Below, piece after piece: positions 63,873-64,000 of a stretch of DNA of 64,000 bases. Source of the stretch: Eledone cirrhosa (lineage: Eukaryota); NCBI GenBank assembly GCA_964016885.1, contig OZ024744.1, positions 43,152,001 to 43,216,000 on the forward strand. Direction: 5' to 3'. The notes below the pieces were generated by a model. The model ran no database searches, was not told where the DNA came from, and saw nothing but the letters and a program-made list of their open reading frames with translations. Position numbers and translations under genes: made by a program. The stretch's first letter is position 1, and every line of letters begins with the position of its first letter.

Positions 63873-64000
63873 CTAGAATATATAAACAAAATCATAGTAA
63901 ACCTACATGTATATTTACAAATAACATTACAAATACAAGAAACAGTTATTAGATTCATCATCTCTGATATATACATATATTCCACAACATCCAGTCCTAA

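Overview
Repeat-saturated animal genomic DNA. (TA)n/(CAT)n microsatellites and the RTE, CR1, Penelope-like and tRNA-SINE families suggest a mollusc, probably an octopod; this is an inference from repeat style only. From left to right: a Gypsy integrase with 3' LTR (1-1.8 kb); a decayed minus-strand Helitron (3.0-6.2 kb) with an oppositely oriented 69-bp/23-aa STPR-like repeat beside it; a 23-kb G/T-rich 20-bp satellite with higher-order repeats (6.2-29.3 kb, degenerate remnant at 35.1-36.6 kb); a cluster of Penelope-like elements (Poseidon-, Naiad- and Neptune-type) with hammerhead-ribozyme candidates and inverted terminal tails (29.7-47.7 kb); then nested RTE and CR1 LINE fragments and SINEs inside local segmental duplications (42-64 kb). 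No intact conventional gene is present. The most notable signal is invisible to the ORF track: ten copies of a minus-strand unit at 43-64 kb. Eight carry an exactly 60-nt AG/GT-bounded phase-1 candidate micro-exon encoding a 20-aa repeat (consensus about GDHITVSPRxAxxKxKSTKK). In the one pair counted by eye, the exons differ more than the flanking intron.
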